Assembly: GCF_963921235.1 (NCBI RefSeq)
Contig: NC_086107.1
Coordinates: 116,376,001-116,440,000 of the forward strand
Source of the DNA: Mobula hypostoma
Lineage: Eukaryota
DNA length: 64,000 nt
Direction of reading: 5' to 3'
Below the pieces are notes generated by a model that searched no databases, was not told the origin of the DNA, and saw only the letters and a list, made by a program, of their open reading frames with translations. Each line of letters opens with the position of its first letter. Within the stretch, counting starts at the first letter, position 1. The position numbers and the translations under genes are program-made. Of this stretch, positions 50,849 to 62,495 are shown piece after piece.

Positions 50849-52449
50849 GGTTCGGGCTGTTGTCATCTTACCAATGACGGTTCTCGTCCCACCCAACCCA
50901 ACAGGCAAGAGCTTGCAGGCATTCATCCAATGATAGCCCTCTATAAGATCTGTCCTCATTCTCCTCACCCATTCAACCTTTTCCTAAAACTCAGCTCAAG
51001 AACCAGTAACATCCTTGTAAATTTTCCCAGAATCAGAATTTATCACTGACAATTATCATGAAATTTGTAATCGAGTTGCAGCAGTACAGTACAGTGCAAT
51101 ACATTACTAGGTAACAATTATATATAAAAAATCAAAAGAAATATGTAGTGAGGTAGTGTTCATGGACCCTTCAGAAATCAGATGGTGGAAGATAACTTAT
51201 TGATAACTTTCCTGTAGGCAGGTGACCAGAACTCCAGATTTGGCCTCACCAATGTCAGGTATAACTGCAGCACAACATGCTATTTATGGACCTGTATTTG
51301 CAGATCACTATCGTACCACACCCCAGTGCCCTACCACTCACCACGTTAAGTCCTGCCCTGGCCGGTCCTCCCAAATGGGCAACCTCACACTTGCCCGCAC
51401 TAAGTTCCGTCTGCCATGTTTCCAGCTGGTCCACATCCTGCTGCAAGCTTCCTCTATGCCCTGAGTCTTGCTGCCATCTGCAATCTGCCTGTTCACCTCA
51501 GACAGAAGATGCAAAGGCCCAAAAGCACGTCTAGGACAGCTTCCACCTCACTGGTTGGTATCTGATTGTGAAACAGACCTCACAACATATGCACTCTATG
51601 CCTCACCATCTCCCTCACTACCATCTTGCACTTTCTCGGCAGCTTTTACACTTTTTTTTCACCTTATTCGAGCTGAATGTACCGTGATCACCGTGTGGAA
51701 GACAAGTTCTACATCTGACAATAATCCAATTTACCACATTTTTGTCTAAATTATTAATATAGATGATAAACAACAAAGGCCCCACTTGCCCACCCCCCTC
51801 TACTGTTACCACAGGGCAGATTTTACCCCACTCAGACATGAACAGGAGGGATGGTTGGGTAAATGACCCTCAGGGTTGGGAGTAAATGCCGGGGGTGAGG
51901 GGAATACTGGCCAGTGCATACCTTGATGAGGTAAACCACAGGGGGAAAGCAAGGGGGTTAATTCCACTGGGGCAAGGGAGGAGGTAAATGTGCCTTTGGG
52001 AGGGGAGGGTTAGATTGCACTCTGGGAGGGGGAAGGGAGTAAACCCTTTGGGGCAGGGCAGGGACAAGGAATAAATAATTCTCAGGTTGGCGGGGTGAAT
52101 GACACCCCCTCCAGGAGGGGTAATTGCCCCTCAGCGTGGGAGGGGTAAACAAACCTGAGGGGGTGGGTGTAAGGGAAGTGAGGGTAAATGAATCTCAGGG
52201 TGGAGGGCCCCTCATGCGAAGTTTAGGGGCAAATGACGTTCAGGGGTAAGGGAAGAGGCAAATGCCGCTCACGAGGGGCAAGTAACCCATTGCAAAAGGA
52301 ATGGGGAAGTGCCATTCAGAAACAGGCGGAAAAAGACACGGAGGGAGTAAATCTCCCAGAAGGGAATGAAAATGCCCTACAGAGGGGAAGGATTTAAGGC
52401 CTCAGGGTGCGAAGAAGAGGGTATTTGTTCCTCATCGGGAGAGGAACGG

Positions 52450-52890
52450 GGTACGGGCAGAGGGCGGCCCCTTTCCCGCGCTCACCGAGCCACTTCCGCT
52501 GTTTCAAACGCCAACCGCCGCCGCTCGCGACCGCCAGAGACGTCAGAAAAAGGGCGGGGGGGGGGAGGGAGACAGTGGCGTCATCGTTGGGGGCGGGAGG
52601 TCTTCAATGTCATTGGCGGAGAGTAGACAACGAACGTCACAAAGACGGAGTGGAATGTGATTGGACAGCGATCAGAGATTTTCCACGGGAGGGGGAATTT
52701 TCGAAGGATCTATATATTTTCATATCCTGGTCGAGCCCTTAAAGGGTGAAAACCCACTCTCGGAATTGTCTTAAAGTAGTGTGACGGGATTCCGGCTGCT
52801 GGAAATGTCACTTCCGGCGGAGCTGGCGGCAGATTCAAAACGTCCCATCGGTTGTGAGGAGGCGGACGTCGGGGCGAACAGGTAACATGG
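52450..52890. promoter_or_regulatory. CpG-rich bidirectional promoter with divergent first exons (minus: probably PAGR1; plus: unidentified gene)
   Basis: Minus-strand donor CTCG|GTGAGC at 52486/52485 and plus-strand donor CAG|GTAACA at 52881/52882. Between them: ETS-type ACTTCCG (about 52492 and 52810), CRE-like GACGTCA (about 52539), GC boxes (about 52552 and 52591) and inverted CCAAT boxes (ATTGG about 52612 and 52660). Confidence 0.7.
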
Positions 52891-53700
52891 CCCTCACCTC
52901 TCCCTCACACCCTCACACCCTCACCCCTCCCTCACACCCTCACCCCTCCCTCACTCCCTCACCCCTCCCTCACACCCTCACCCCTCCCTCACACCCTCAC
53001 CTCTCCCTCACACCCTCACCCCTCCCTCACCCCCTCACCCCTCCCTCACCCCCTCACCCCTCCCTCGCCCCTCCCCCCTCCCCCCCTCCCCCCCTCTCCC
53101 CCCTCTCCCCCACCTCTCCCCCACCTCTCCCTCACACCCCCACCTCTCCCTCACACCCTCACCTCTCCCCCTCCCTCTCCCCCTCCCTCTCCCCCTCCCT
53201 CTCCCCCTCCCTCTCCCCCTCCCCCCCCTCCCTCTCCCCCTCCCTCTCCCCCTCCCCCTCCCCCTCCCCCTCCCCCTCCCCCTCCCCCTCCCTCTCCCCC
53301 TCCCTCTCCCCCTCCCTCTCCCCCTCCCTCTCCCCCTCCCTCTCCCCCTCCCTCTCCCCTCCCCCTCCCCCCTCCCCCCCTCCCCCCTCCCCCCCCCCCC
53401 TCCCCCCTCCCCCCTCCCCCTCCCCCCTCTCCCCTCTCCCCTCTCCCCTCTCCCCTCTCCCCTCTCCCCTCTCCCCTCCCCCCTCTCCCCCTCCCTCGCC
53501 TCTCCCTCTCCCCCGCCGCTCCCTCGCCCTCGCTCCCTCTCTGCCTCTGCCTCGCTCCCTCGCCTCACCCCTCCCCCACCCCCTCCCCCTCTTCCCCCCT
53601 CCCTCATCCTACACCCTCCCTCACCCCCTCACCCCTCTGTTGCGCCTCTCTCACCCTCACCCCCTCCACTCCCTCACCTTCATCCTACACCCTCCCTCCC
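52890..53700. repeat. C-rich low-complexity tract
   Basis: (CCCTCT/CCCCCT)n and CCCTCACA repeats directly after the plus-strand donor. Confidence 0.92.
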
Positions 53701-54204
53701 AGACGCACGGCCACAGTTACCCCGTCCCCCATTTTACCTCGGAATCATAGAGGAGGACGCAAAGTGCTGTCTCTGGGTCTTCAGAAGGCGACAGCCCCTC
53801 ATGCACTGTGAGGCTGAATGGGGGAGGCAAATGGGACTGTGCTAACCGCGCTGATTAGATTAATTGTAACGTTGCAAATACTGTATAACGGTGCTTTTAA
53901 CTTGCCTAGTATTGGTTAGGACTACTACAGTCTCAAGGCCAGTCAGACCATACTGACCAAGGCAGCTTGATTTTCAAAGTGAGTTTATTATTCAAGTATA
54001 TATGTGTCACCTTATACAGCCTTGATATTCTTTTTCCTGTAGGTACGTTCTCCAAATCTTTAGAATAGTAACTATAACAGCCAGAGTGCAGAAAACAACA
54101 AACTGTGCAAATGTAAATAGATAGCAATAAATAATGAGATCAGAGATAAAGAGTCCTTAAAGTGGTTGTGGGAATGTTTCATCGATGGTGCAAGTGAGTG
54201 TAGT

Positions 54205-54860
54205 CATAGAAACATAGAACATAGAATAGTACAGCACATACAGGCCCTTCGGCCCACAATGTTGTGCCGACCCTCAAACCCTGCCTCCCATATAACCCCC
54301 CACCTGAAATTCCTCCATATACCTGTCTAGTAGTCTCTTAAACTTCACTAGTGTATCTGCCTCCACCACCGACTCAGGCAGTGCATTCCACGCACCAAAC
54401 ACTCTCTGAGTAAAAAACCTTCCTCTAATATCCCCCTTGAACTTCCCACCCCTTACCTTAAAGCCATGTCCCCTTGTATTGAGCAGTGGTGCCCTGGGGA
54501 AGAGGCGCTGGCTATCTACCCTATCTATTCCTCTTATTATCTTGTACACCTCTATCATGTCTCCTCTCATCCTCCTTCTCTCCTAAGAGTAAAGCCCTAG
54601 CTCCCTTAATCTCTGATCATATTGCATACTCTCTAAACCAGGGAGCATCCTTGTAAATCTCCTCTGTACCCTTTCCAATGCTTCCACATCCTTCCTATAG
54701 TGAGGCGACCAGAACTGGACACAGTACTCCAAGTGTGGCCTAACCAGAGTTTTATAGAGCTGCATCATTACATCTCGACTCTTAAACTCTATCCCTCGAC
54801 TTATGAAAGCTAACACCCCATAAGCTTTCTTAACTACCCTATCTACCTGTGAGGCAACTT
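54205..54860 (-). mobile_element. Well-preserved CR1 3' fragment
   Basis: MLAFISRGIEFKSRDVMMQLYKTLVRPHLEYCVQFWSP...RGDMIEVYKIIRG...FFTQRV with one stop, plus a CR1 tail. Confidence 0.88.
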
Positions 54861-56009
54861 ATCCACTTTTATTGAAGAATCTGACGGCTGAGGGGTAGTA
54901 ACTGTTCTTGAGCCTGGTGCTGCCAGTCTTGTGCATTCGACCTGACGGCAGCAGCGAGAAGAGAGCATGACCTGGGTCTCTGATGGGTGCTCTTTTCCTG
55001 CACTGCATCCAGTATTTCAAGCAACTTGTAAATGGGTGTACGAGAGATGGGCAACACTGGATTTTCTGTTGGGAAATGGGACTAGCCAAGTCAGTGAAGT
55101 GTCAGTGGTATAAATCTTTGAGACCATAAGAGTACTACAGCACAGAAACAGGCCCCTGGCCCATCTGGATGGTTCCTTATGATCTTCTGCCTCGTCCCAT
55201 CTATCTGCAGCTGGACCACAGCCCAGTGTTAGAATGGCGATTCTGAGGCTTCAGTGAGTGAGAGAAGGCAAAAGAAACTCTTCCCCCAGATTTATTTTGT
55301 TTTCTTTGTTTACTTTGGCTCAGTACGGACAGGACAGATGCCAGGCAGGAGAGCTGAATGATGTGGGACCAGTGCAGAGTAACCCTGTGTCCATTCCCCT
55401 CAACAACAGGTCTATCACTTTGGTCATTGTTGTGGTGATGACCCAGCAAAGGAAAGTCACAGTGATCAGATCTCTGACACTGATTTTAACTTTCCACATA
55501 TTGACTGGGAATCCCATACTGTAAAAGGACTAGATGAGATAGAGTTTGTCAAATATGTTCAAGAAAGTTTCCTTAATCGGTACGTAGAAGTCGCAACGAG
55601 AACGTGTGCGATACTTCATCTGCTATTCGGGAATGAGACAGAGGTTTGTGTTGGGGACACTTTGCATCTAGTGATGACAATGCCTTAGATTCAAAGTAAA
55701 TATGGAAAAGGACGATCTGGTCCATGGGTAGGGATTCTATTTTGATGGTATCAGGGAGAATCTGGCAAGTGAGGGTTGGGACCGGTTTTTTTTTCCAGCA
55801 AAGGTGCACTTGGTAAGTGGGAGTGAAATTTTGAGAGTACAAACCTTGTGTGTGTCTGTCAGAATAAAAGGTAAAGATAACAGATTTGGGAAACCTTGGT
55901 TTTTAAGAGTTATTGAGGCCCTGGTTAAGACAAAAAAGGGTGCATAACAGGTATAGGCAGGTACAAGTAATGCAAGAGAACTCTTTTTATTTATATATAT
56001 ATATATATA

Positions 56010-56400
56010 TAAATCTGCAGATGTTGAAAATCTGAGCAACACACACAAAATGCTGGAGGAGCTCAGCAGGCCAGGCAGCATCCAGGAAAACATAGTCAAT
56101 GTTTTGGGCTGAAACCCTTCAGCAGGACTGGAGAAAGAAGCTGAGTAGATTTAAAAGGCAGGGGGAGGGGAGAGAGAAACACAAGGTGAGAGGTGAAACC
56201 TGAAGGGGGAGTGATGAAGTAAAGAGCTGGGAAGTAAATTGGTGAAGGACAGAAGGCTGTGAAGAAGGAAGGAAAAAGGGGAGGAATACCAGAGGGAGGC
56301 GATGGGCGGGCAAGAGACGGAAGGGGATGGGGAGTGGTGAAGGAGAAGTGGGGTGGGGGATATTACCGTAAGTTCAAGAAATCGATATTCATGCCACCAG
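56010..56400 (-). mobile_element. Penelope-like 3' fragment with a degenerate hammerhead
   Basis: Reverse complement resembles 56780-57240. The hammerhead site at 56094-56129 reads AGTC CTGCTGA AGGG TTTCAG CCC AAAA CATT GACT. Confidence 0.65.
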
Positions 56401-56624
56401 TTTGGGTTTGTGCGTGTGACATTCTGTCTAACCAATCTGAGTTTTTTGAGGATGTTACCAGTAAAGCGGATGAAGGCAAGGCAGTGGATGTTGTCTACAC
56501 TGATTTTTCGTAAGGTCTTTGACAAGGTCCTGCATGGGAAGCTGGTCCAGAAGGTTCTGACGCCCAGCCTTCAGGATGTGATAGCAAATTGGATTAGACG
56601 CTGGTTTTGTGGGAGAGGCCAGAG

Positions 56625-57245
56625 AAAGCAGGATCTCCCAGTGGCCACACATTTTAATTCCAGATCCCATTCCCATTCTGACATGTCTATCCACGGCCTC
56701 CTCTACTGTAAAGATGAAGCCACACTCAGGTTGGAGGAACAACACCTTATATTCCGTCTGGGTAGTCTCCAAACTGATGGCATGAACATCGACTTCTCTA
56801 ACTTCCGCTAATGCCCCACCTCCCCCTCGTACCCCATCTGTTATTTATTTTTATACACACATTCCTTCTCTCTCTATCCTTTTTCTCCCTCTGCCCCTCT
56901 CACTATACCCCTTGCCCATCCTCTGGGTTTTTCCCCCCTCCCCCTTTTCCTTCTCCCTGGGCCTCCTGTCCCATGATCCTCTCATATCCCTTTTGCCAAT
57001 CACCTGTCCGGCTCTTGGCTCCATCCCTCCCCCTCTTGTCTTCTCCTATCATTTTGGATCTCCCCCTCCCCCTCCCACTTTCAAATCTCTTACTAACTCT
57101 TCCTTCAGTTAGTCCTGACGAAGGGTCTCGGCCTGAAACGTCAACTGTACCTCTTCCTAGAGATGCTGCCTGGCCTGCTGTGTTCACCAGCGACTTTGTT
57201 GTGAGTTGCTTGAATTTCCAGCATCTGCAGAATTCCTTGTGTTTA
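56625..57245 (+). mobile_element. Penelope-like element 3' fragment (GIY-YIG C-terminus and UTR)
   Basis: QDLPVATHFNSRSHSHSDMSIHGL...RLEEQHLIFRLGSLQTDGMNIDF* is typical of Penelope/Neptune endonuclease C-termini; a pyrimidine-rich UTR with a hammerhead motif follows. Confidence 0.8.
57111..57146 (+). ncRNA. Minimal type I hammerhead ribozyme motif of a Penelope-like element
   Basis: AGTC-CTGACGA-A-GGGT CTCG GCCT-GAAA-CGTC-AACT gives an intact CUGANGA/GAAA core, stem II and a GUC cleavage triplet, with one mismatch in stem I. Confidence 0.75.
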
Positions 57246-58519
57246 AGTAGTAGTAAATTGTTGCCTCTCTGACTGGAGGCCTGTGACTAGTGGTGTGCTG
57301 CAGGGATCGGTGCTGGGTCTGTTGTTGTTTGTCATTTATGTCAATGATATGGATGAAAATATGGCTAACTGGATCAGCGAAGTTGCAGATGATACCAAGA
57401 CTGCGGGTATAGTGAACAGCGAGGGAAGTTATCTTGGCTTGTAGCAGGAAAAGGGCAGATGGAATTTAATGCAGGCAAGTATGAGGTTTTGAACTTTTGT
57501 CGGATCAACCAGGGTAGGTCTTACAGAGTGAATGGCAGGGCACCGAGGAGTGTGGTAGAACCAAGGGATTTGGGGATGCAGTTCCATAATTCATTGAAAG
57601 TGGCATCACCGGTAGATAGGGTCGTAAAGAAAGCTTTTGGCACATTGGCCTTCATAAATCGAAGGACAAGAGATGGGATGTTATGTTGAAGTTGTATAAG
57701 ACATTGGTGAGGCCTAATTTGGAGTGTCATGTGGAGTTTTGGTCATCTGCCTGCAGTAAAGATGTAAATAAGGTTGGAAGAGTACAGAGAAAATTTACAA
57801 AGATGTTGCTGGGTCTGGAGGACCTGAGTTATAAGGAAAGATTGAATAGGTTAGAAGTTTATTCCTTGGAACCATAGGAGAATGAGGGGAGTTTTGACAG
57901 AGGTATACAAAATCATGAGGGGTAGAGACAGGGTCAATGCCGGCAGTCTTTATCCACTGAGGTTGGGTGGGATTACAACCAGAGGTCATGGGTTAAGGGT
58001 GAAAGGTGAAAAGTTTAAGGGGAACATGAGGGAAACTTCATTTGGAGGATCTTGAGTGTGGAACTAACTGCCAGTGTAAGTGGTACGTGCGAGCTCTCCG
58101 GCAGCCTCTGCCCCAGTCCCCTAGATCAACTCTTACCTCACAATCTACCTTGTCACGGCCCTTGCATCTTACTGCCTGCCTGCTCTGCACTGTCTCTGTA
58201 ACTGCAACACTTTATTCTGCATTCTGTGATTGTTTTCCCGTGCTCTAACTCAATGTGCTGATGTTTTGAATTAACCATGCGAAGCAGGCTTTTCACTGTA
58301 CTTGAGGTGCCCGTGTTGATCGTCAGTGAGGAGGAGATGTTATTTCTGATCCACACGGACTGTGGTCTCCCGGTGAGGCAGTCAAGGATCCAGTTGCAGA
58401 GGGAGGTACAGAGGCTCAGGTTTTGGAGATTGATGATTAGTACTGAGGGGATGATGATCTGTAATCAATAAACAGCAGCCTGATATAGGCAAGTGATCCA
58501 AGGCCGGGTGGAGAGCCAG

Positions 58520-59379
58520 TGTTACGAGAATACACATAAAATTAAGATGTTTGCTGGCCTGGGCTAGCATCAGTGGCATCAGCAGTTGGTCTGCCACCTG
58601 CCCTCAGGGGAAGGAGAGATAAGGAACAATGGAGCAGCGTCTGGGGATGTGTAATGAAGGGATGTGGGAGGAAGAGCTGTCTGGAGCGGCTCCCCCCTTT
58701 GAACCCTGAACTGTTTGAAGTGATGGACAGGCGATACCCCAGCAGGGGGATAAAAAGGGACAGGTTCGCTAAGACAGACACACACGCCACCCGAGGTAAC
58801 GAGACCCTGGAAGCGGTGCGCTTCTCACGAGTGGGTGAGAAGTATCAGACAACGACAAGGGTGAAAAGGTACGATCAGCGGGAACCCGGTGTGTGTCCGC
58901 CCTTGCCTGGGTGCCGGGTTCACTGCAGAGGATCGACCGCATCTGGAGGAGGGGTCACAGTCGGTGACCTCAGGTGACATCACCAAGGACCCGCCCAAAA
59001 GCTGTTTGTGAGCCATCTCGCTGGTCTGTGAGTGAAGCTGTTCTGAATGATCAGTTGTTCCTATTCTATCTCTCTCTTCCCCCACGTTGTCCATCGCCAT
59101 GGCAACGATTACTGCGAACTGAACTACTAAACTGGACTGAACTTTGAGTCATTTTGAAATTGGTCATTTACCCCTAGACAACGATAGAGCTTGATTGATG
59201 CTGTTATCTTAATTCTGTGCACATGTGTGTTTATCATCACTGAACTGTTGCATTTATTATCCTTTCGATTACTGTGTTGCTTGTTTCTGTAATAAAACTT
59301 TCTTAGTTCTAGTACTCCAGACTCCAACTGAGTGATCCATTTCTGCTGGTTTGGCAACCCAGTTACGGGGTACGTAACA
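58520..59379 (+). repeat. 5' LTR (860 bp)
   Basis: Direct repeat of 62496-63358. Manual comparison gives about 10 substitutions and 3 small indels. Contains AATAAA near 59291. Confidence 0.95.
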
Positions 59380-59478
59380 TAAGTGGGGTTCTCGTCCGCG
59401 ATTTTGAACGCTAAATTTGGGACGGAGTAAATTGATTGGGTTAAAATTCCCGAAAGAAAGAAAAGACAAACAGCAGAA

Positions 59479-60810
59479 ATGGAGGTTGAGGAATTTATAA
59501 AGGCGCCGACCTTGGAGGCATTAGAGGATGCCAGGAAATCGGAATTGATAGCGGTGGCCAAACGGGTGAATCTTGCTAAGGTGAAGTCGACAATGAGGAG
59601 AGAGGAGATACACAGAGCTATTGTAGAGCACTATGTATCTAAAGGTGTGTTTCCCCAAGGTGAGCTGGGGGAGGTGTCTGTTGAAAAACCTGCTGGAGAC
59701 GCAGTAGAGGTACAGCTTGAAAAACTGAGACTCGAGCACGAGTTCCGGGTACGGCAGTTAGAACACGAAGAGAAAGAGAGAGAGTTAGAAAGGCGGGAGA
59801 GAGAGAAAGAGGTAGAAAGGCAAGAGAGAGAAAGACAGTTGGAGAGAGAAGAGAGAGAGAGGGACAGACAGTTGGAGAGAGAGGAGAAACAGAGGGAAAG
59901 GGAATTTGAGCTGGAGAAGTTAAAGATAAGGGCCGAGCAGGGGCTCGTGCCGAACCAAGGTGGAGGGTTCAGGGCGACCCAGGAGGTTAGGCTGGTTCCC
60001 CCATTTGACGATACCGATGTGGATCGGTACTTTCTCCACTTCGAAAAAGTAGCTATAAGTCAGGACTGGCCGAGGGATAAGTGGGTTGTTTTACTTCAGA
60101 GTGTACTGAAAGGGAAAGCCCAACAAGCTTACTCAGCTTTATCCGCGGAAGATGCCCAGAAGTATGAGGTGGTGAAGGAGGCCATCCTCAGGATTTATGA
60201 GTTGGTCCCGGAGGCATACCGGCAGAGGTTCCGGAATGCGAGGAAGCGGTGGGACCGCACGTATTTGGAGTTTGCTCGTGAGATGCAAACATATTGTGAG
60301 CGTTGGTGCGCCTCGAAAGGGGTAGAGGGGGATTATGACAGACTGCTGCAGCTGATTCTGATTGAGCAGTTTAAAGGTTGTGTCCCTGAGGGTATGAGAC
60401 CCTACCTCGATGAGTAAGAGGCAGCCACGTTAGCCGCAACTGCTAAGTTAGCGGATGAGTATGCGTTGACGCATAAAATGAAGGTTGCCCCGAGTAAAGG
60501 CTACCAGAAGGGTAGTCAGGACGGAGGGGAGAGTCCGCCGGAAAAGTCAGAAAGTAAGCCGGGGACTAGTGAAAAGGATAAGGTAGACCGGGAGCAGTCT
60601 GGTAGGAAGTCTCCTGGGGTCGTCTGTTATAATTGTGGGAAAGCCGGACACTTTGCGTCCAGGTGCTTTGCCCCAAGGAAGGAGACGGGGAAAGGAAAAG
60701 CGGAAATTTTGAATGGCTGTATCGAGCTGTTAAGCGAACCGCTAGGGAAGGACAGGTCTGAAAAAGTCCAGGAAGGGCGCGAGAGGTTTATCTCGGCCGG
60801 ACTGGTCAGT
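59479..60810 (+). pseudogene. gag: gag (E/R-rich coiled coil, SCAN-like capsid domain, CCHC knuckle) with an in-frame stop
   Basis: Contains LVPPFDDTDVDRYFLHFEK and a SCAN-like segment, ELVPEAYRQRFR...LLQLILIEQFKGCVP. TAA at 60415-60417 interrupts a frame that continues in the same phase to CYNCGKAGHFASRC. Confidence 0.88.
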
Positions 60811-62323
60811 GAAAAAGAGGTTAAAACCAGTTCCAGTGCGGATCTGGAGAGACACGGGAGCGTGTCAGTCATTGATATTGAAGAGTGTATTAGAGTTTAG
60901 CTCAGAGACCCAGACTGGGGAGGTAGAGGTCAAAGGTGTTGGGGAAGGGACAGAGTCAGTCCCTTTGCACCAGATACATTTGCAGAGCAACCTGGTCTCT
61001 GGACTAGTCACGATCGGGGTGAGGTCCGAATTACCGATGAAAGACGTGGAAGTCTTGCTCGGTAATGACATCGCCGGAGGAATCGTGTTCCCAGTCGTGA
61101 GATTGACGGGTCAGCCTGCCAGCATGGAGGCCCCGCCCGCGATGGTGAATTTGGCTGAAACATTTCTGCCAACCTTGTATGAGACAGGGTGTAGTGAGAT
61201 AAGAGGTAGTGAGGGAGCTGGGACGGACGTAGCAGTAGCCAGGAAAGAATTTGTGCAGACGCAGGAGCGAGACGAGGGGCTGATGGTTTTTGCCGAGACA
61301 GCTCTCTCTGACACAGCCTTGACAAGCTATTGTGCGGATGAGGAAGTGCTAAGGAAGAAAGGGAAATCAAGTACAGCATCCGCAGATGAGGAGTGGGGGG
61401 TGGTGCAAAAGAGTTATGGGGATGAGGTTTTTAACATGGCCCACGAGGTACCCCCCGGTGGACATTTTGCGGTGCTGGAGGAAACAGTTGGTGGAATCAT
61501 GAAAGAGATTTACCGGCTGCCCAGGGGGAAGAATGTTATTGATCATGACCGACGCGAACTGAGACGGTCACCGGCTTTTGATATGCTAACAAACCTAGTC
61601 GGTGTTAGCGTGGAAATCAATGAAGCTAGGGGCCCCTTGATAAGAGGAAAAACCCATTTTGAAAAGATTAGGATGGGATCGGTCAGATGGGAGAAGGCTA
61701 TTGTTTTGGCCAGGTCTACTGATAAGGTCTCTCCCTTAATCCCCGAAGGAGTAATTAAACGACTCGCACCCATGTGTTTGATTGTCCCGAGGAAATGCAA
61801 AGAACTGGGACGTTGGGTTATGTCTGTTACAATAGGGCGGCCAAGTAAACAACACCCATATTTTTTGAGTAATTCAGTGACTAAAGGGCTGATGAACACA
61901 GAGGTGTGTATTGGCAATTTAATACGGCTGTCTGAAGCCAGCTTGATAGTGAACCTTGAAAAAAATGAATTCGGCCACACGAGAGTCACTTACCTGGGAA
62001 TTGTGGTGACACAGGGGCAGCTGGCAGTGATGCAAGCTACAGTGCAGGCTATCGCTGACCTCCCAACCCCGACAGACAAGAGGGCCCTCAGAAGGCTTTT
62101 GGAGATGGTGGGGTACTGCAGGAAGTTTTGCAATAACTCTGCGGTCAATACCCGTCCCCCTCCTACTAAGCCCTTGCGAGGGAAAATTGAGTCGGAATGG
62201 GACGACCCTTGTTGTTGTGGTCCGGGACAAAACCAAATGAGAGGTTACATTGGTCGCAATTCATCAGTGTTTTTGGCCACTATGAAGTTTGCTGAGTTGG
62301 AGCCTGGTCTAAGGGATTATTAA
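60809..62323 (+). pseudogene. pol: Protease followed by vestigial integrase N-terminus and RT remnants
   Basis: Aspartic protease RIWRDTGACQSLIL...LLGNDIAG is followed by the IN zinc-binding start (MAHEVPPGGHF), then PSKQHPY and the RT C-terminus (VNLEKNEFGHTRVTYLG...LRRLLEMVGYCRKFC). No DDE core, YxDD or RNase H is seen. Frameshift relative to gag near 60808. Confidence 0.8.
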
Positions 62324-62495
62324 TAACACGTGTAAAAGGAACAGAAAATGTGATGACTGTCTGTCAAGGTGTTGACAGCTTCAAATTCTCTGTATTAGCT
62401 AAATAACTGTTAAAGATGTATATTGTGTATGTATCAGATAATGTAGTCATGTTTGTAATTTTTACCTCCCGGTAAAAATCCTTAAAGGGGGGAAG

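Larger units (their letters stand above)
55500..58090 (+). mobile_element. Degenerate CR1 with two nested Penelope-like fragments
   Basis: EFFEDVT..DEGKAVDVVY.DF and KVFDKV.HG, resuming after about 57245 with the GVxQGSVLG and LYKTLVRPNLE regions. Confidence 0.75.

Noticed and set aside
56094..56129. Second active hammerhead on the minus strand
   Set aside because: The core is mutated (CTGCTGA, and AAAA instead of GAAA). A third remnant near 8625-8650 lacks the core altogether.
60415..60417. Programmed gag stop read-through
   Set aside because: The TAA lies inside gag before the zinc knuckle rather than at a gag-pol boundary. A point mutation from a sense codon is simpler.
59479..60417. Domesticated SCAN or gag host gene
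   Set aside because: It lies within a recent element with both LTRs, PBS and PPT, and has no zinc-finger exons.
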